From positions 43,569 to 107,568 of the forward strand of contig JWKY01000001.1 of the NCBI GenBank assembly GCA_000806015.1: a stretch of 64,000 bases of DNA, written 5' to 3'. The DNA is from an archaeon GW2011_AR19 (lineage in GTDB: Archaea > Nanobdellota > Nanobdellia > Pacearchaeales > GW2011-AR1). Under the pieces are notes generated by a model. The model saw only the letters and a list, made by a program, of their open reading frames with translations. It made no database searches and had not been told where the DNA came from. Shown here piece after piece: positions 35,073-45,211 of the stretch. Each line of letters begins with the position of its first letter. Position 1 is the first letter of the stretch. The position numbers were made by a program, and so were the translations under genes.

Positions 35073-36955
35073 AAATTCTAATAATTAAAACGGGTGCTTT
35101 AGGAGATGTCTTAAGAACAAGTTTTTTAGCTCAGGCTTTAAAAGATAAATATAAAAAAACAAATTCAAAAATATTTTGGTTAACTTCGCAACAATCTTCG
35201 CAATTTTTTATTAATAATCCATATATAAATGAGCTGATTATTTCAGGAGAAAGAGATAATTTAAAAAAAATAAAATTTGATTTAGTTATAAATTTAGAGG
35301 AATCCAAAGAGGATGCCAGATTTACTTCTTTATTAAAACCAAAAAAAATAATTGGTGTTTTTTTAAATAAAAACGGAGAAATAGAATATACTCAAGAGAC
35401 TTCTTATTGGTTTGATATGTCTATGATAAGCAGATTAGGAAAAGAAAAAGCAGATATTTTAAAAAATAAAAATAAAAAAACTCATCGACAGATTATGTCA
35501 GAAATTATTGGAATGGATTGGAGAAAATATGAACCTTTTTTAAGATTAACAGACGCTCAAAGAAAAATGGCGCAAGAATTTTCAAACAAACATCATCTTT
35601 CAAAAAGTGATTTAATAATTGGAATCAACACGGGCGCTGCAGACAGATGGCCTAAAGAACTTTCAATAAAAAAAACTATTGAGATAATTGAAAATCTTTA
35701 TAAAAAGTATAATACAAAAATTTTGCTATTTGGGGGGCCAAATGAGATTAAAAGAAACAAAGAGATTATTAAATTAGCAGAATCTCCAATAATAGATACT
35801 GGTTGCGGAAATAATCTCGTTGAATTTCCAGCGTTAGTAAGTGTTTGCAATATAGTTATAACGACTGATAGTTTGGGGCTGCATGTTGCTTTGGCATTAA
35901 AAAGAAAAACAATTTGTTTAATCGGTCCGACATCTTCTTCGGAAATAGATTTGTATAATTTAGGAGAAAAAATAATAGCCAAATCAAAAGATGTTTGTTC
36001 TTATAAAACAGAAACAGATTGCATGGATAAAATAGATTTAAATGAAATTAAAACAGCAATAGATAAAATTTTAAAACAAAAAATAACTTTGCTGATAACT
36101 GCATTTAAAGAGCCAAAGACAATTATAAAAGCGGTTGAAGGCGCTTTGGCCCAAAAAACATCAAGGAAATATGAAATTGTTGTTTCTGCTCCAGATAATG
36201 AAACTTTAGATGCAATAAAAAAGCATAAAAATTTAAAAATTTTTAAAGATCCTGGAAAAGGAAAAAGTTACGCATTAAATTTAATTTTTGAAAAATTAAA
36301 AACAGATATTTTGATTTTGACGGACGGGGATGTTTTTATTTCGGATAATGTTGTTGAAAACTTTGCAAATTTATTTTTAGATTCAGAAATTGGATGCGCA
36401 ACCGGGAGACCTATTCCTATAGAGAACAAAAAAACCAAATATGGTTTTTGGGCAAATTTTTTATTTGACTCTGCTCACAGATTAAGGAAGAAAGCATTTC
36501 AGCAAAATAAATTTTTAGAGTGTTCAGGATATCTATTTGCTTTTAGAAAAGAATTTATCCGTAAAATTCCTTTAGATGTGGCTGAAGATACTCTTATTCC
36601 ATATTTATTTTGGCAAAAAGGATATAAAATTGGTTATTCTGAAAATTCACGAGTTTATGTTAAAAATGTTGATAATTTTAGAGATTGGATTAACCAAAAG
36701 ATTAGAACTTCTAAGGCGCATGAAACTTTATATAAATATGTTGATATTAAAACAACTCCGAGGATAAAAACTTTTAAAACAGAAGCAAAAGGATTTTTTT
36801 CTCTTTTTAGCTACCCTGAAAATTTCCAGCAATTTTGGTGGTCAAGTTTGCTCGCTTTATCAAGATTTTATATGTGGATGAAAGTTTTTTATGACACAAA
36901 ATTTAAGAAAAAACATTATCAAGATGCTTGGAAGAGAGTTGAAAGCGCGAAATAA
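35069..36955 (+). CDS. fusion protein: N-terminal GT9 heptosyltransferase-like domain + C-terminal GT2 domain
   Basis: The N-terminus MKILIIKTGALGDVLRTSFLAQALKDKYKK...IFWLT matches the RfaC/RfaF (GT9) signature MKILIIR..LGDV..T.P...LK. From ~aa 330, ITLLITAFKEPKTIIKAVEGALAQ...ILILTDGDVFIS is a GT-A (GT2) domain. Confidence 0.6.
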   Translation: MKILIIKTGALGDVLRTSFLAQALKDKYKKTNSKIFWLTSQQSSQFFINNPYINELIISGERDNLKKIKFDLVINLEESKEDARFTSLLKPKKIIGVFLNKNGEIEYTQETSYWFDMSMISRLGKEKADILKNKNKKTHRQIMSEIIGMDWRKYEPFLRLTDAQRKMAQEFSNKHHLSKSDLIIGINTGAADRWPKELSIKKTIEIIENLYKKYNTKILLFGGPNEIKRNKEIIKLAESPIIDTGCGNNLVEFPALVSVCNIVITTDSLGLHVALALKRKTICLIGPTSSSEIDLYNLGEKIIAKSKDVCSYKTETDCMDKIDLNEIKTAIDKILKQKITLLITAFKEPKTIIKAVEGALAQKTSRKYEIVVSAPDNETLDAIKKHKNLKIFKDPGKGKSYALNLIFEKLKTDILILTDGDVFISDNVVENFANLFLDSEIGCATGRPIPIENKKTKYGFWANFLFDSAHRLRKKAFQQNKFLECSGYLFAFRKEFIRKIPLDVAEDTLIPYLFWQKGYKIGYSENSRVYVKNVDNFRDWINQKIRTSKAHETLYKYVDIKTTPRIKTFKTEAKGFFSLFSYPENFQQFWWSSLLALSRFYMWMKVFYDTKFKKKHYQDAWKRVESAK

Positions 36956-37000
36956 ATAACCTACAATAAACAATAAAAAGCATTTTTAATTATAGTTCTT

Positions 37001-38668
37001 ATGGAAATTTTATATAAAGAGCTAACCCCTGATCATTTTAATAAAAAAGAAAATTTTGGACAAAATTTTTTAAATTGGTTTAAAGATTCGTATAATTTAA
37101 CATTTTTAGGAATATTGCTTCTTGCTATTGTGATAAGAATTTATTATTTTATTTTAACTGCCAATCAGCCTTTATGGTGGGATGAAGCAGATTATCTTGC
37201 TTATGCAAAAAATATTGCAAACTTAGGAGGGGACTGGATTGTAACTGCCCAGCATAATTCACTTTATCCATTTATCGTCGCCGGATTATTTTTGCTGGGA
37301 TTGGGAGAACCGGCAGTTAAATTTTTCATTCAGATAATACCTTCTATTTTATCTGTTTGGTTAGTTTATGCAATTTGCAATGAAATATATGATGATAAAA
37401 GGATAGGCCTGATAGCTTCATTTTTAATGACTACTTTATGGGTTGTTTTATTTAATTCAATGAGATTTCATGTAGATATTCCCGGAATGTTTTTTGGTTT
37501 ACTTGCGCTTTATGTTTTTTGGAGAGGTTATGAAAATAAAAAGAAAATTTTTGGAAAAATAAATTCTAATTTGGCAATTCCTCTTGCAGTCTTTTTTGCA
37601 GTTTTAGCATATTCTATAAGAAGAGCTTATTTTCTTTTTGCAGTTTTTATTTTAGTTTATGTTTTATTGACAACTAAAGATTGGAAAAAATTAATTAAAG
37701 ATAAATATAACTGGATTGGAATTGTATTTGGAGTTTTCTTATTTTTCTTAGTTGAAAAATTTATATTTTTTTCAGGAATAACTGAAGTAGGATCAACCTA
37801 TTATCATCCAGAAAATCCCATTAGTCTCGGAGCATTAAAAGTATTTAGCTCATTTTTTTCTTTTGGAAGTTTGTTTAAAAATATTTATTTTTATTTATTT
37901 TTAATTGGAATAATTTTTATTTTTATTAATCTGCTTATTTATTTAGGACACATAAAAAAAGAGAAAAATAAAAAAGTAAGAGGAGATTTATTTGCCGTTA
38001 TCCTCGTTATTTTTACATTAGCTAATTTTATTTTTATTCTTAGGACTTTTGGAGAGGAAAGATGGTATTTGCCGTTGGCTCTTGGAGCGTTTATTGCAGT
38101 TTCTCAAGGAATTTTATTAATTGGAGATTCTATTAAAAAATATAGTAAAATCATTGGGATAATTTTTATAATTTTGTTAATTGCACTTGGAGGATATTAT
38201 CAGGTCAAAAACGCGGAGGGAATCATAAAAAATAAAATTCCAAGTTTTGAAGGAATCAAAGAGGCAGGTTTATTTTTGAAACAAATCTCTAATCCCGACG
38301 ATATTATTGTTAGCGTTCCAATCCCACAACCAATATATTATTCAGGAAGAAAAGTTATGAACCCTGCAGGCATTTTGAATAAAACAAGCAATCAGGATGT
38401 TAGTTTTGAAGAATTTTTATTAAAGTTGAGTGAAAATACTAAAATAAAATATATTATTGTTACATTTTCAGAACCGGGTCATCCAAATTGGATGCAGCAG
38501 CAATCATCAAATTTTTGGAGCATTCCGTTTATGGATACTGCTATAGATTTTACAAACAATAAACAAGACATAAAACAAGAAAAGACTTATGGAAATATAA
38601 CTTTTAAATTAATTGCATTAAAACAAGATGCTTTTGTTTACGAGATTATAAGAAAGCAAGATTTTTAA
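37001..38668 (+). CDS. GT-C fold membrane glycosyltransferase (ArnT/PMT, GT39/GT83-like)
   Basis: More than 10 TM helices. The first-loop acidic motif LWWDEADYLAYAKNI is typical of the ArnT/PMT_2 family. There is a C-terminal soluble domain. Confidence 0.55.
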   Translation: MEILYKELTPDHFNKKENFGQNFLNWFKDSYNLTFLGILLLAIVIRIYYFILTANQPLWWDEADYLAYAKNIANLGGDWIVTAQHNSLYPFIVAGLFLLGLGEPAVKFFIQIIPSILSVWLVYAICNEIYDDKRIGLIASFLMTTLWVVLFNSMRFHVDIPGMFFGLLALYVFWRGYENKKKIFGKINSNLAIPLAVFFAVLAYSIRRAYFLFAVFILVYVLLTTKDWKKLIKDKYNWIGIVFGVFLFFLVEKFIFFSGITEVGSTYYHPENPISLGALKVFSSFFSFGSLFKNIYFYLFLIGIIFIFINLLIYLGHIKKEKNKKVRGDLFAVILVIFTLANFIFILRTFGEERWYLPLALGAFIAVSQGILLIGDSIKKYSKIIGIIFIILLIALGGYYQVKNAEGIIKNKIPSFEGIKEAGLFLKQISNPDDIIVSVPIPQPIYYSGRKVMNPAGILNKTSNQDVSFEEFLLKLSENTKIKYIIVTFSEPGHPNWMQQQSSNFWSIPFMDTAIDFTNNKQDIKQEKTYGNITFKLIALKQDAFVYEIIRKQDF

Positions 38669-38721
38669 TAAATTCTATCTTAAAAATAATAAAAAAGTTT
38701 ATTCTAGAGAAATATTAAAAA

Positions 38722-39966
38722 TTATATAATTTCCAATTTTGGAATTGGAACAATTAATCTTGCCCCCCATTCTTTTGTATATTCTAATCTTTTTTTTATA
38801 GAATCTTTAAAATTCCAGGGCAAAATCAATATATTGTCTGGTTTTGTCTCTCTTAATTTCTCTTCTCCAACAACAGGAATATGGCTTTCTGGAAGATATT
38901 TTCCCTGTTTAAACGGGGTTAAATCTGCGACATAACTTATAAGGTCTTTTCTTATACCGCAATAATTTAATAGAGTATTTCCTTTTGCAGCCGCCCCATA
39001 ACCGACAACTGTTTTTCCGTTTTCTTTTTGTTCAATAAGAAATTTTAACAAATCATATTTAACTTTATCAACTCGCGGCGTGAATCCATTATAATAATCA
39101 AGGTTCATCATTCCAGAATCAATTTCTTTTTTTTCAAGTAAATTTACTCTCTCTGAAATTCCATGAGTATTATCATTTTCATGCTTAGCGTAAATTCTAA
39201 GCGAACCTCCATGAGTTGGAATTTCTTCAACATCAAATAATTTTAATTTGTGAGAGTTAAATATTTTTTTGACCACGCTAAATGAAAAGTAAGAATAATG
39301 CTCCTGATAAATTGTATCAAACTGATTTTGTTCTACAATATTTTTTAAATGAGGAAATTCCATAGTTAAAACTCCTTTATTTCCTAAGATTTTTTCTAAC
39401 CCTTTAACAAAATCATTTACATTTGGAACATGAGCAAGGACATTATTTCCAATTAACAAATCAGCCTTAGTTCCTAATTTGACAAGCTCTTCTGCAAGTG
39501 TAATTCCAAAAAATTTCTCAATTGTTGGGATTCCATTTTTAATTGCGATTTTTGCAGTGCTTGACGAAGGTTCTATACCTAAAACAGGAATTTCTTTTTC
39601 TTTAAAATATTGCAATAAATAACCATCATTTGAAGCAATTTCAATAACTTGTGATTTATTATTTAAGTTTAAATGAGGAATTATAAAATCTGCGTATTTT
39701 TTGCAATGTTCTAACCAGGGTTGTGAAACAGAAGAAAAATAAACATAATCGTCCCCAAAAATTTCATTATGCGCTCTGTGTTCGTCTACTTGCACAAGAA
39801 AACATTTATCGCATACAAAAACTCTTAGAGGATACGCAATTTCTGGTTCATTTAATTGTTCTTCTGTTCTAAATGAATTTGTTGGAGGGGCGTTTCCCAA
39901 TTCTATAAAAATATTATCAAGAGGGCTATTGCAAAATCTGCACCCCATTTTATTCCCTTGCACCAT
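38722..39966 (-). CDS. sugar C-methyltransferase (TylC3/NovU-like: Zn-binding domain + SAM MTase + C-MT C-terminal domain)
   Basis: MGCRFCNSPLDNIFIELGNAPPTNSF...VFVCDKCFLVQVDEHRAHNEIFGDDYVYFSSVS (Methyltransf_13 pattern). SAM motif VIEIASNDGYLLQYF. Confidence 0.7.
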   Translation of the reverse strand: MVQGNKMGCRFCNSPLDNIFIELGNAPPTNSFRTEEQLNEPEIAYPLRVFVCDKCFLVQVDEHRAHNEIFGDDYVYFSSVSQPWLEHCKKYADFIIPHLNLNNKSQVIEIASNDGYLLQYFKEKEIPVLGIEPSSSTAKIAIKNGIPTIEKFFGITLAEELVKLGTKADLLIGNNVLAHVPNVNDFVKGLEKILGNKGVLTMEFPHLKNIVEQNQFDTIYQEHYSYFSFSVVKKIFNSHKLKLFDVEEIPTHGGSLRIYAKHENDNTHGISERVNLLEKKEIDSGMMNLDYYNGFTPRVDKVKYDLLKFLIEQKENGKTVVGYGAAAKGNTLLNYCGIRKDLISYVADLTPFKQGKYLPESHIPVVGEEKLRETKPDNILILPWNFKDSIKKRLEYTKEWGARLIVPIPKLEII

Positions 39967-40063
39967 TTTTTATTTTAAACAATATTCTTTCTGATAAAAA
40001 TTAGTTTTTAAGCATTATCGTGATTTATCTAAATCTTTAAAAAGATATCAATAAAGTAATTTT

Positions 40064-40603
40064 ATGGAAATACAATCTACAGAGTTTAAAGGATTATTTT
40101 TAATAGCGCCAAATGTATATTCAGATAGCAGGGGTTATTTTTTTGAAAAATATAATAAAAAAATATTCGCAGAAAAGAGCATTACTCAAGATTTTTTGCA
40201 GGAAAGTGAATCTTTTTCTTATAAAAATACCCTTAGAGGATTGCATTTTCAAAAAAAACCTTTTGAACAAGGAAAACTTGTTTCTGTTGTTCAGGGAAGC
40301 ATAAAAGATGTTGTTGTGGATATAAGAAAAGATTCTCAGAATTATGGAAAATGGAAAGCATTTCTTCTTGATTCTAAAGAAAAAAAATCTCTTTTTGTTC
40401 CAGAAGGATTTGCCCACGGATTTCTTGCTTTAGAGGATTCAATAGTGTCTTATAGAATAACTGCACTTTATAATAAAGAATCAGAGTCGGGCATAATTTG
40501 GAATGATTCATTTCTGAATATAAATTGGGGGATATCTAATCCTATTTTATCTGAGAAAGATAAAAAACTCCCAATTTTCAATGACCTATCAAATCTAATT
40601 TAA
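40064..40603 (+). CDS. rmlC: dTDP-4-dehydrorhamnose 3,5-epimerase family (RmlC)
   Basis: DSRGYFFE...LRGLHFQKKPFEQGKLVSVVQGSIKDVVVDIRKDSQNYGKW...FVPEGFAHGF...GIIWND is a full RmlC signature. Confidence 0.85.
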   Translation: MEIQSTEFKGLFLIAPNVYSDSRGYFFEKYNKKIFAEKSITQDFLQESESFSYKNTLRGLHFQKKPFEQGKLVSVVQGSIKDVVVDIRKDSQNYGKWKAFLLDSKEKKSLFVPEGFAHGFLALEDSIVSYRITALYNKESESGIIWNDSFLNINWGISNPILSEKDKKLPIFNDLSNLI

Positions 40604-40607
40604 TAAC

Positions 40608-41423
40608 TCAAACTAAATTTTTCTTATAATCTATTAGACATGCTCTTACCGCATTGTGGATGTCAGGCATTATAATTCCCTCTTTAGATAATTTTGAAGT
40701 ATCAAGAATTCCATCTGCCTTTTTATTTAATAATAATTTGTCCAATTCTTTATTAGAGATAATTTCAAATTTATGTGTCGGGTCTACAATTTCTTTATAC
40801 ATTTCCATTATTTCAACAAGTGAAATCAAACCCGGATTTGTTGCATTATATATTCCAATTTTTCTTTTTTCAATTAAACTTTCAAGCGCATTAAGTATAT
40901 CCGGCACAACTGTAATAGAATTTTTAACATCAGCGATTTGATTATATCCCTTTAGTTTATCTATTAAATTTTTTTCATGGGATCGGCAATCTAAAGGCAT
41001 ATTTATTCTTAATTGCAAACATGGAAATTCTTTTAGTATTTTTTCAGAAATTATTTTTGTTCTTGCATGAGTTTGCAAATAAAAGTTAGGTTCGTCCTCT
41101 TCATTAAATTCTTTATTCTTTCCTGTATAAATTCCTCCAGTCCCAAAATGCACAAAATAAATTCCTTTTTGTGAGCATGTAATCCCAAGATTTGCGGCAG
41201 CAACTACATTTGACATAAATGTTTCTTCCTTATGGGTTTCACACCAGTCAATATTTGGTTTTCCGGTTTTTCCAACCGCGTTAATAACAATGTCTGGTTT
41301 TGTTTGTTCAAGTGTTTGCTCAAGAGCATATCTATCAAGAACATCTATCTCCGATAAATAATAATTAAATTTATCAGCTATTCTTTTGCCTATAAATCCT
41401 GCTCCAAATACTAAACCTTTCAT
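40608..41423 (-). CDS. rmlD: dTDP-4-dehydrorhamnose reductase-like (RmlD family)
   Basis: MKGLVFGAGFIGKRI...KPDIVINAVGKTGKPNIDWCETHKEETFMSNVVAAANL...YFVHFGTGGIYTG follows the RmlD pattern (PD.VINAAA.T.VD..E......N..G...L). Confidence 0.7.
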   Translation of the reverse strand: MKGLVFGAGFIGKRIADKFNYYLSEIDVLDRYALEQTLEQTKPDIVINAVGKTGKPNIDWCETHKEETFMSNVVAAANLGITCSQKGIYFVHFGTGGIYTGKNKEFNEEDEPNFYLQTHARTKIISEKILKEFPCLQLRINMPLDCRSHEKNLIDKLKGYNQIADVKNSITVVPDILNALESLIEKRKIGIYNATNPGLISLVEIMEMYKEIVDPTHKFEIISNKELDKLLLNKKADGILDTSKLSKEGIIMPDIHNAVRACLIDYKKNLV

Positions 41424-41537
41424 GGATTTTGTCAGTTTTTCTTGTTTAAGAATTTAACTATTTTATAATTTTAAAATGACATATGTCCTTGATTATAATT
41501 TCATTAAAAAATAATCTAATCCAAACAATTTTTGTAT

Positions 41538-42557
41538 TTAATCTTTCTTATTTAATATTCTAACTGCCAAAAATGAATATATATAATTTAGAGTTATCGC
41601 AAATGTTAAAATCGGATGAACAAGCCAGGAAAATTCTTTTTGTTTAATAGCCATTTTTATTCCATCAAAAAGTCTTGGAAAAATTATAAGATTATAAAAA
41701 ACATTTTTAACAAATTTAAGATTCTGTTTGAAATTATTTTTTTCTAAACTTATCCAATAAAAGTTTCTATGCTGAATATTCTCTCTTAAATAATACCTAA
41801 CATAAAATCCTCTTTTTTTAACAAATTCAAAAAATTCTGAAGAAGTTTTATGAAATACCTTCAAATCCAATGGGATAGCAACATTATATTTGTGTTTGTT
41901 TAATGCCATTCTATAAAAATTATCTATATCTTGTGTATATCCTTTGTTGTCAAAAAAGTCTTTTTTCCTTATTAAAAATCCATTATCTCCCCCATAACAA
42001 AAATCATTTTTACTTATTGTATAAATAAAATATTTTTCTTTTTTATTAAATTCAAATTTTTTTGGATGAAGTATGACTTCTGATTTTAGGGAATAGGGTA
42101 TAGCAAAAGGATCTTCAATCCCTGTTGCTCCGAGATATCTGTCTATGGTAGAGCCCCCTTCAGGAATAAGTGTAAGTGACTGAACACAAGAAAGGGTTTT
42201 ATTCTTCATAAGAATTTCAGCCATTGATTTTAACCAAAACTTCTGGATAAGAAGATTATCTTGGTCAATCATTAAAATAAATTCTCCAGTTGCTTTTTTA
42301 GAAGCGATATCTGCTCCTCCACCGCGTCCAACTTTATATTTTTTAGGATTATCTATTAATTTTATTATTTTAGGGTATTTTTTTTGATAATTTTTAATAA
42401 TGCTTAAAGTTTTATCTGTGCTTCCTCCATCGGCAACTATCATCTCAAGTTTGTCCTTGGGATAAGTTTGCTCGAAAAATAGTTTTAAACAATCTTCAAT
42501 AGTTTTCTCGCCGTTATATGTCACTAAAACTACGCTTATTTTAGGATATTTTTCCAT
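41538..42557 (-). CDS. family 2 glycosyltransferase
   Basis: ISVVLVTYNGEKTIEDCLKLFFEQTYPKDKLEMIVADGGSTDKT. Confidence 0.8.
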   Translation of the reverse strand: MEKYPKISVVLVTYNGEKTIEDCLKLFFEQTYPKDKLEMIVADGGSTDKTLSIIKNYQKKYPKIIKLIDNPKKYKVGRGGGADIASKKATGEFILMIDQDNLLIQKFWLKSMAEILMKNKTLSCVQSLTLIPEGGSTIDRYLGATGIEDPFAIPYSLKSEVILHPKKFEFNKKEKYFIYTISKNDFCYGGDNGFLIRKKDFFDNKGYTQDIDNFYRMALNKHKYNVAIPLDLKVFHKTSSEFFEFVKKRGFYVRYYLRENIQHRNFYWISLEKNNFKQNLKFVKNVFYNLIIFPRLFDGIKMAIKQKEFSWLVHPILTFAITLNYIYSFLAVRILNKKD

Positions 42558-42558
42558 T

Positions 42559-43491
42559 TTATTTTTCTGCTTCTACTTCTAATATAGAACCCCCTTTCAT
42601 ATAAGTAACTAAAAGACTTATTGGCGTAAACAATATTTTAGATAAACTAGAAAAGATTAAATTATGTTTTTTTCTTTTATCTTTTTGTTTGTCAACAAGA
42701 TAAAACTTAATAGAGCCGTCTAACATATAAGGAATGTCATAAGTTCTTATTTTGTTTATTTTAAATCCATATTTTTCCAATCTAATTTTTATATTTTTAG
42801 GATTATAAGTATAAAGATGTCTGGGAACATCATATCCATACCAATTTTTTCCAAATATTTTATTCCAAAGTCCATCCCCATTTGGAACAACAATAATTAG
42901 TTTTCCTCCATTTTTTAAGAGAGAATAACTTTTTTTTAAAACTGCATCTTGATTGGGAATATGTTCTAAAACTTCTTTCATAATAATATAATCAAAGCTT
43001 TCTGTAGGAAAATTTGATTTAAGGATATTTTTTCTTTCTATTCCTAAGTTTTTTTCTCTTTGTGTAAGATTTAGTCCATATGGTTCTAATCCTGCAGTTC
43101 TTAAACCATATTTTTTATAAAATTCAAGTTGCATTCCGTCTCCACATCCAATCTCAAGAAGTTTTTTGCCAGGGTCTATTCTGTAGTGATATAATAAAGA
43201 ACTAAAAGGCCAGAATAAAATATTAAATAACAGATTCTTATTAGAATAATACTCTGCTGAGATTTTGTGATATAAGATTGAGAGTTTAGATTTTTTATGG
43301 TAAGAGTAATACTCTGAGGGAGGATAATATTTTGCTATTTGTTTTTCGTTCAATAACGGCTCAATAAATTTAAATTCGCAATTAGAACATTTATTTAATG
43401 AAAATTCTCCCGATACAAAATAATCTTTATCATACATAGAAGAATACAAAATGTTAGCTTTTCCTTCACATAAGGGACATCTTTTTTCCAT
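42559..43491 (-). CDS. SAM-dependent methyltransferase with N-terminal Cys4 zinc-ribbon
   Basis: CPLCEGK...CSNCEF zinc ribbon. Motif I LLEIGCGDGMQL. IIMKEVLEHIPNQD. Confidence 0.75.
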   Translation of the reverse strand: MEKRCPLCEGKANILYSSMYDKDYFVSGEFSLNKCSNCEFKFIEPLLNEKQIAKYYPPSEYYSYHKKSKLSILYHKISAEYYSNKNLLFNILFWPFSSLLYHYRIDPGKKLLEIGCGDGMQLEFYKKYGLRTAGLEPYGLNLTQREKNLGIERKNILKSNFPTESFDYIIMKEVLEHIPNQDAVLKKSYSLLKNGGKLIIVVPNGDGLWNKIFGKNWYGYDVPRHLYTYNPKNIKIRLEKYGFKINKIRTYDIPYMLDGSIKFYLVDKQKDKRKKHNLIFSSLSKILFTPISLLVTYMKGGSILEVEAEK

Positions 43492-44417
43492 TATCTCGTT
43501 AGCCTCATTTTCCAGCCTTCTTTGGTTGAAATATTTCTTTTAAATTTACTTTTAATTGAGCCTATTAAAAATGCTAAATTTAATAATGAAAATCCAAGAA
43601 ATTCTTTTAAACTCATATTGGGTATTTTTCTTATAATATAAAAAAAGAATTTCGGCGATAAAATTTTTACTGGTCTTTTTATAGCCTTTAATTGGTTTCT
43701 GGCTAATGCTGTTCTTTCTTTTATTTTTATTAATTCCTTAAATTTATAAGTTTCACCTGCAGTAATCATTCTTGGCAACTTTTGGTTTGTTGTTGCAACA
43801 ATTTCTAAACCAGAATTTACTATGTCATAAAATCTCTCAAAATCATCTCCCAATGTTTGGTTTTGTTTGTATAGCTTTTTTCTAAAGATATTCACAATTA
43901 GCGGTGAAAAATTTTTATCTGCAATTGTCCATAAATCATTTATTTTTTTTCCATGTTCTTTTATATAATCAATCCAAATTTGATTTTGTATCATTACCCC
44001 TATTTCAAGAATTCCTGCTTCTTTTCTTGCAGGATATTGCACTGAGAACGAATCCGCAATGCACCCCACTTTAGGATTATTGAAAATATCTAATAATTGT
44101 TTTAATGAATCCTTATCTTTAACTCTAAATATCCAATCTGCATCATTAATAATCATAATTTCACCTTTTGCTTTTTTTATTATTTTGTTTATAACTGCCG
44201 GCTTGCCTTCTCTTATATTCAGATTATAATGTCTTATTTTTTTAGATTTTTTTTCAAAAGATTTTACTATCTCTTCAGTCTTGTCTGTACAGCCGTCTAA
44301 CCCTATAATTACTTCATAATTTTTATATGGCAGAGAAATAAGATTTTTCAAATTTTTGGATATTATTTTTTCTTCATTATGGACTGCCATTAAAAATGAA
44401 ACCTTTATTTCTTTCAT
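43491..44417 (-). CDS. family 2 glycosyltransferase
   Basis: VSFLMAVHNEEKIISKNLKNLISLPYKNYEVIIGLDGCTDKT. Confidence 0.7.
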   Translation of the reverse strand: MKEIKVSFLMAVHNEEKIISKNLKNLISLPYKNYEVIIGLDGCTDKTEEIVKSFEKKSKKIRHYNLNIREGKPAVINKIIKKAKGEIMIINDADWIFRVKDKDSLKQLLDIFNNPKVGCIADSFSVQYPARKEAGILEIGVMIQNQIWIDYIKEHGKKINDLWTIADKNFSPLIVNIFRKKLYKQNQTLGDDFERFYDIVNSGLEIVATTNQKLPRMITAGETYKFKELIKIKERTALARNQLKAIKRPVKILSPKFFFYIIRKIPNMSLKEFLGFSLLNLAFLIGSIKSKFKRNISTKEGWKMRLTR

Positions 44418-45211
44418 CTATTCAATCTCCTTCTTGTTCTAAGTGAGGCATTTACACTCCAATCATAAAACTTTATTAAACTTTTGAAAGGAGAACTTAA
44501 AATTCTTAATCTCACTATAGCTAATAACATTACTGGTCCCGATTTAGCAAAATTTACTTTAGAATATTCTTTGTCACTCCAAGAAGTAGAGATTTCTTTA
44601 ATTTTAAATCCAAGTCTTTTCATATTATAAAGAACCTCTACATCAAAAGCGAGTTGCGAAAAAGTTAATTTTGGAATTGTTTTTTCCAAGGTTTTTCGTT
44701 TAAAAAGTTTGGCTCCGCATTGAGTATCTTTAAATTGCAATCCTAAGATAATCCTTATCATAAAATTAAAAATTCTTGAAGCAAAAATTCTTTCAAAAGT
44801 GGGTTTTGGAGCAATGATTGAGTCTTTAACATATCTGCTTGCAATTATCCCGTCGTAATTATTAATTTTTTTAACCAGCTCATAAAAAGTTTCAGGCGAA
44901 GTAGCCATATCAGCGTCCTTAAATCCAATTAAATTGCTATTTCCTTTTAGCGCTTCTTTAAAACCCTCAATAACTGCATAACCTTTAGCTCCTCTTTTTA
45001 AATTTAAATATTTTAATTCTTTGTTTTTTTTAGCGAGCTCTTTTACAATTTCAAGAGTCTTATCAGTTGAACCATTTACAACTGCAATTATTTCAAAATC
45101 TAAAATTTTATTTTTTTTAATGGCTTTAAAAAATTTTAAATTTGAATCAAGAGTTTCTTTAATTCGTTTCTCTTCATTATAAGCGGGGATAATTATGCTG
45201 ATTTTTTCCAT
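44414..45211 (-). CDS. dolichyl-phosphate hexose synthase-like GT2 (DPM1/AglD/AglJ-like)
   Basis: ISIIIPAYNEEKRIKETL...IIAVVNGSTDKT...FKDADMATSP...DTQCGAKLFKRK...FDVEVL matches the Dpm1 pattern. 265 aa. Confidence 0.7.
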   Translation of the reverse strand: MEKISIIIPAYNEEKRIKETLDSNLKFFKAIKKNKILDFEIIAVVNGSTDKTLEIVKELAKKNKELKYLNLKRGAKGYAVIEGFKEALKGNSNLIGFKDADMATSPETFYELVKKINNYDGIIASRYVKDSIIAPKPTFERIFASRIFNFMIRIILGLQFKDTQCGAKLFKRKTLEKTIPKLTFSQLAFDVEVLYNMKRLGFKIKEISTSWSDKEYSKVNFAKSGPVMLLAIVRLRILSSPFKSLIKFYDWSVNASLRTRRRLNR

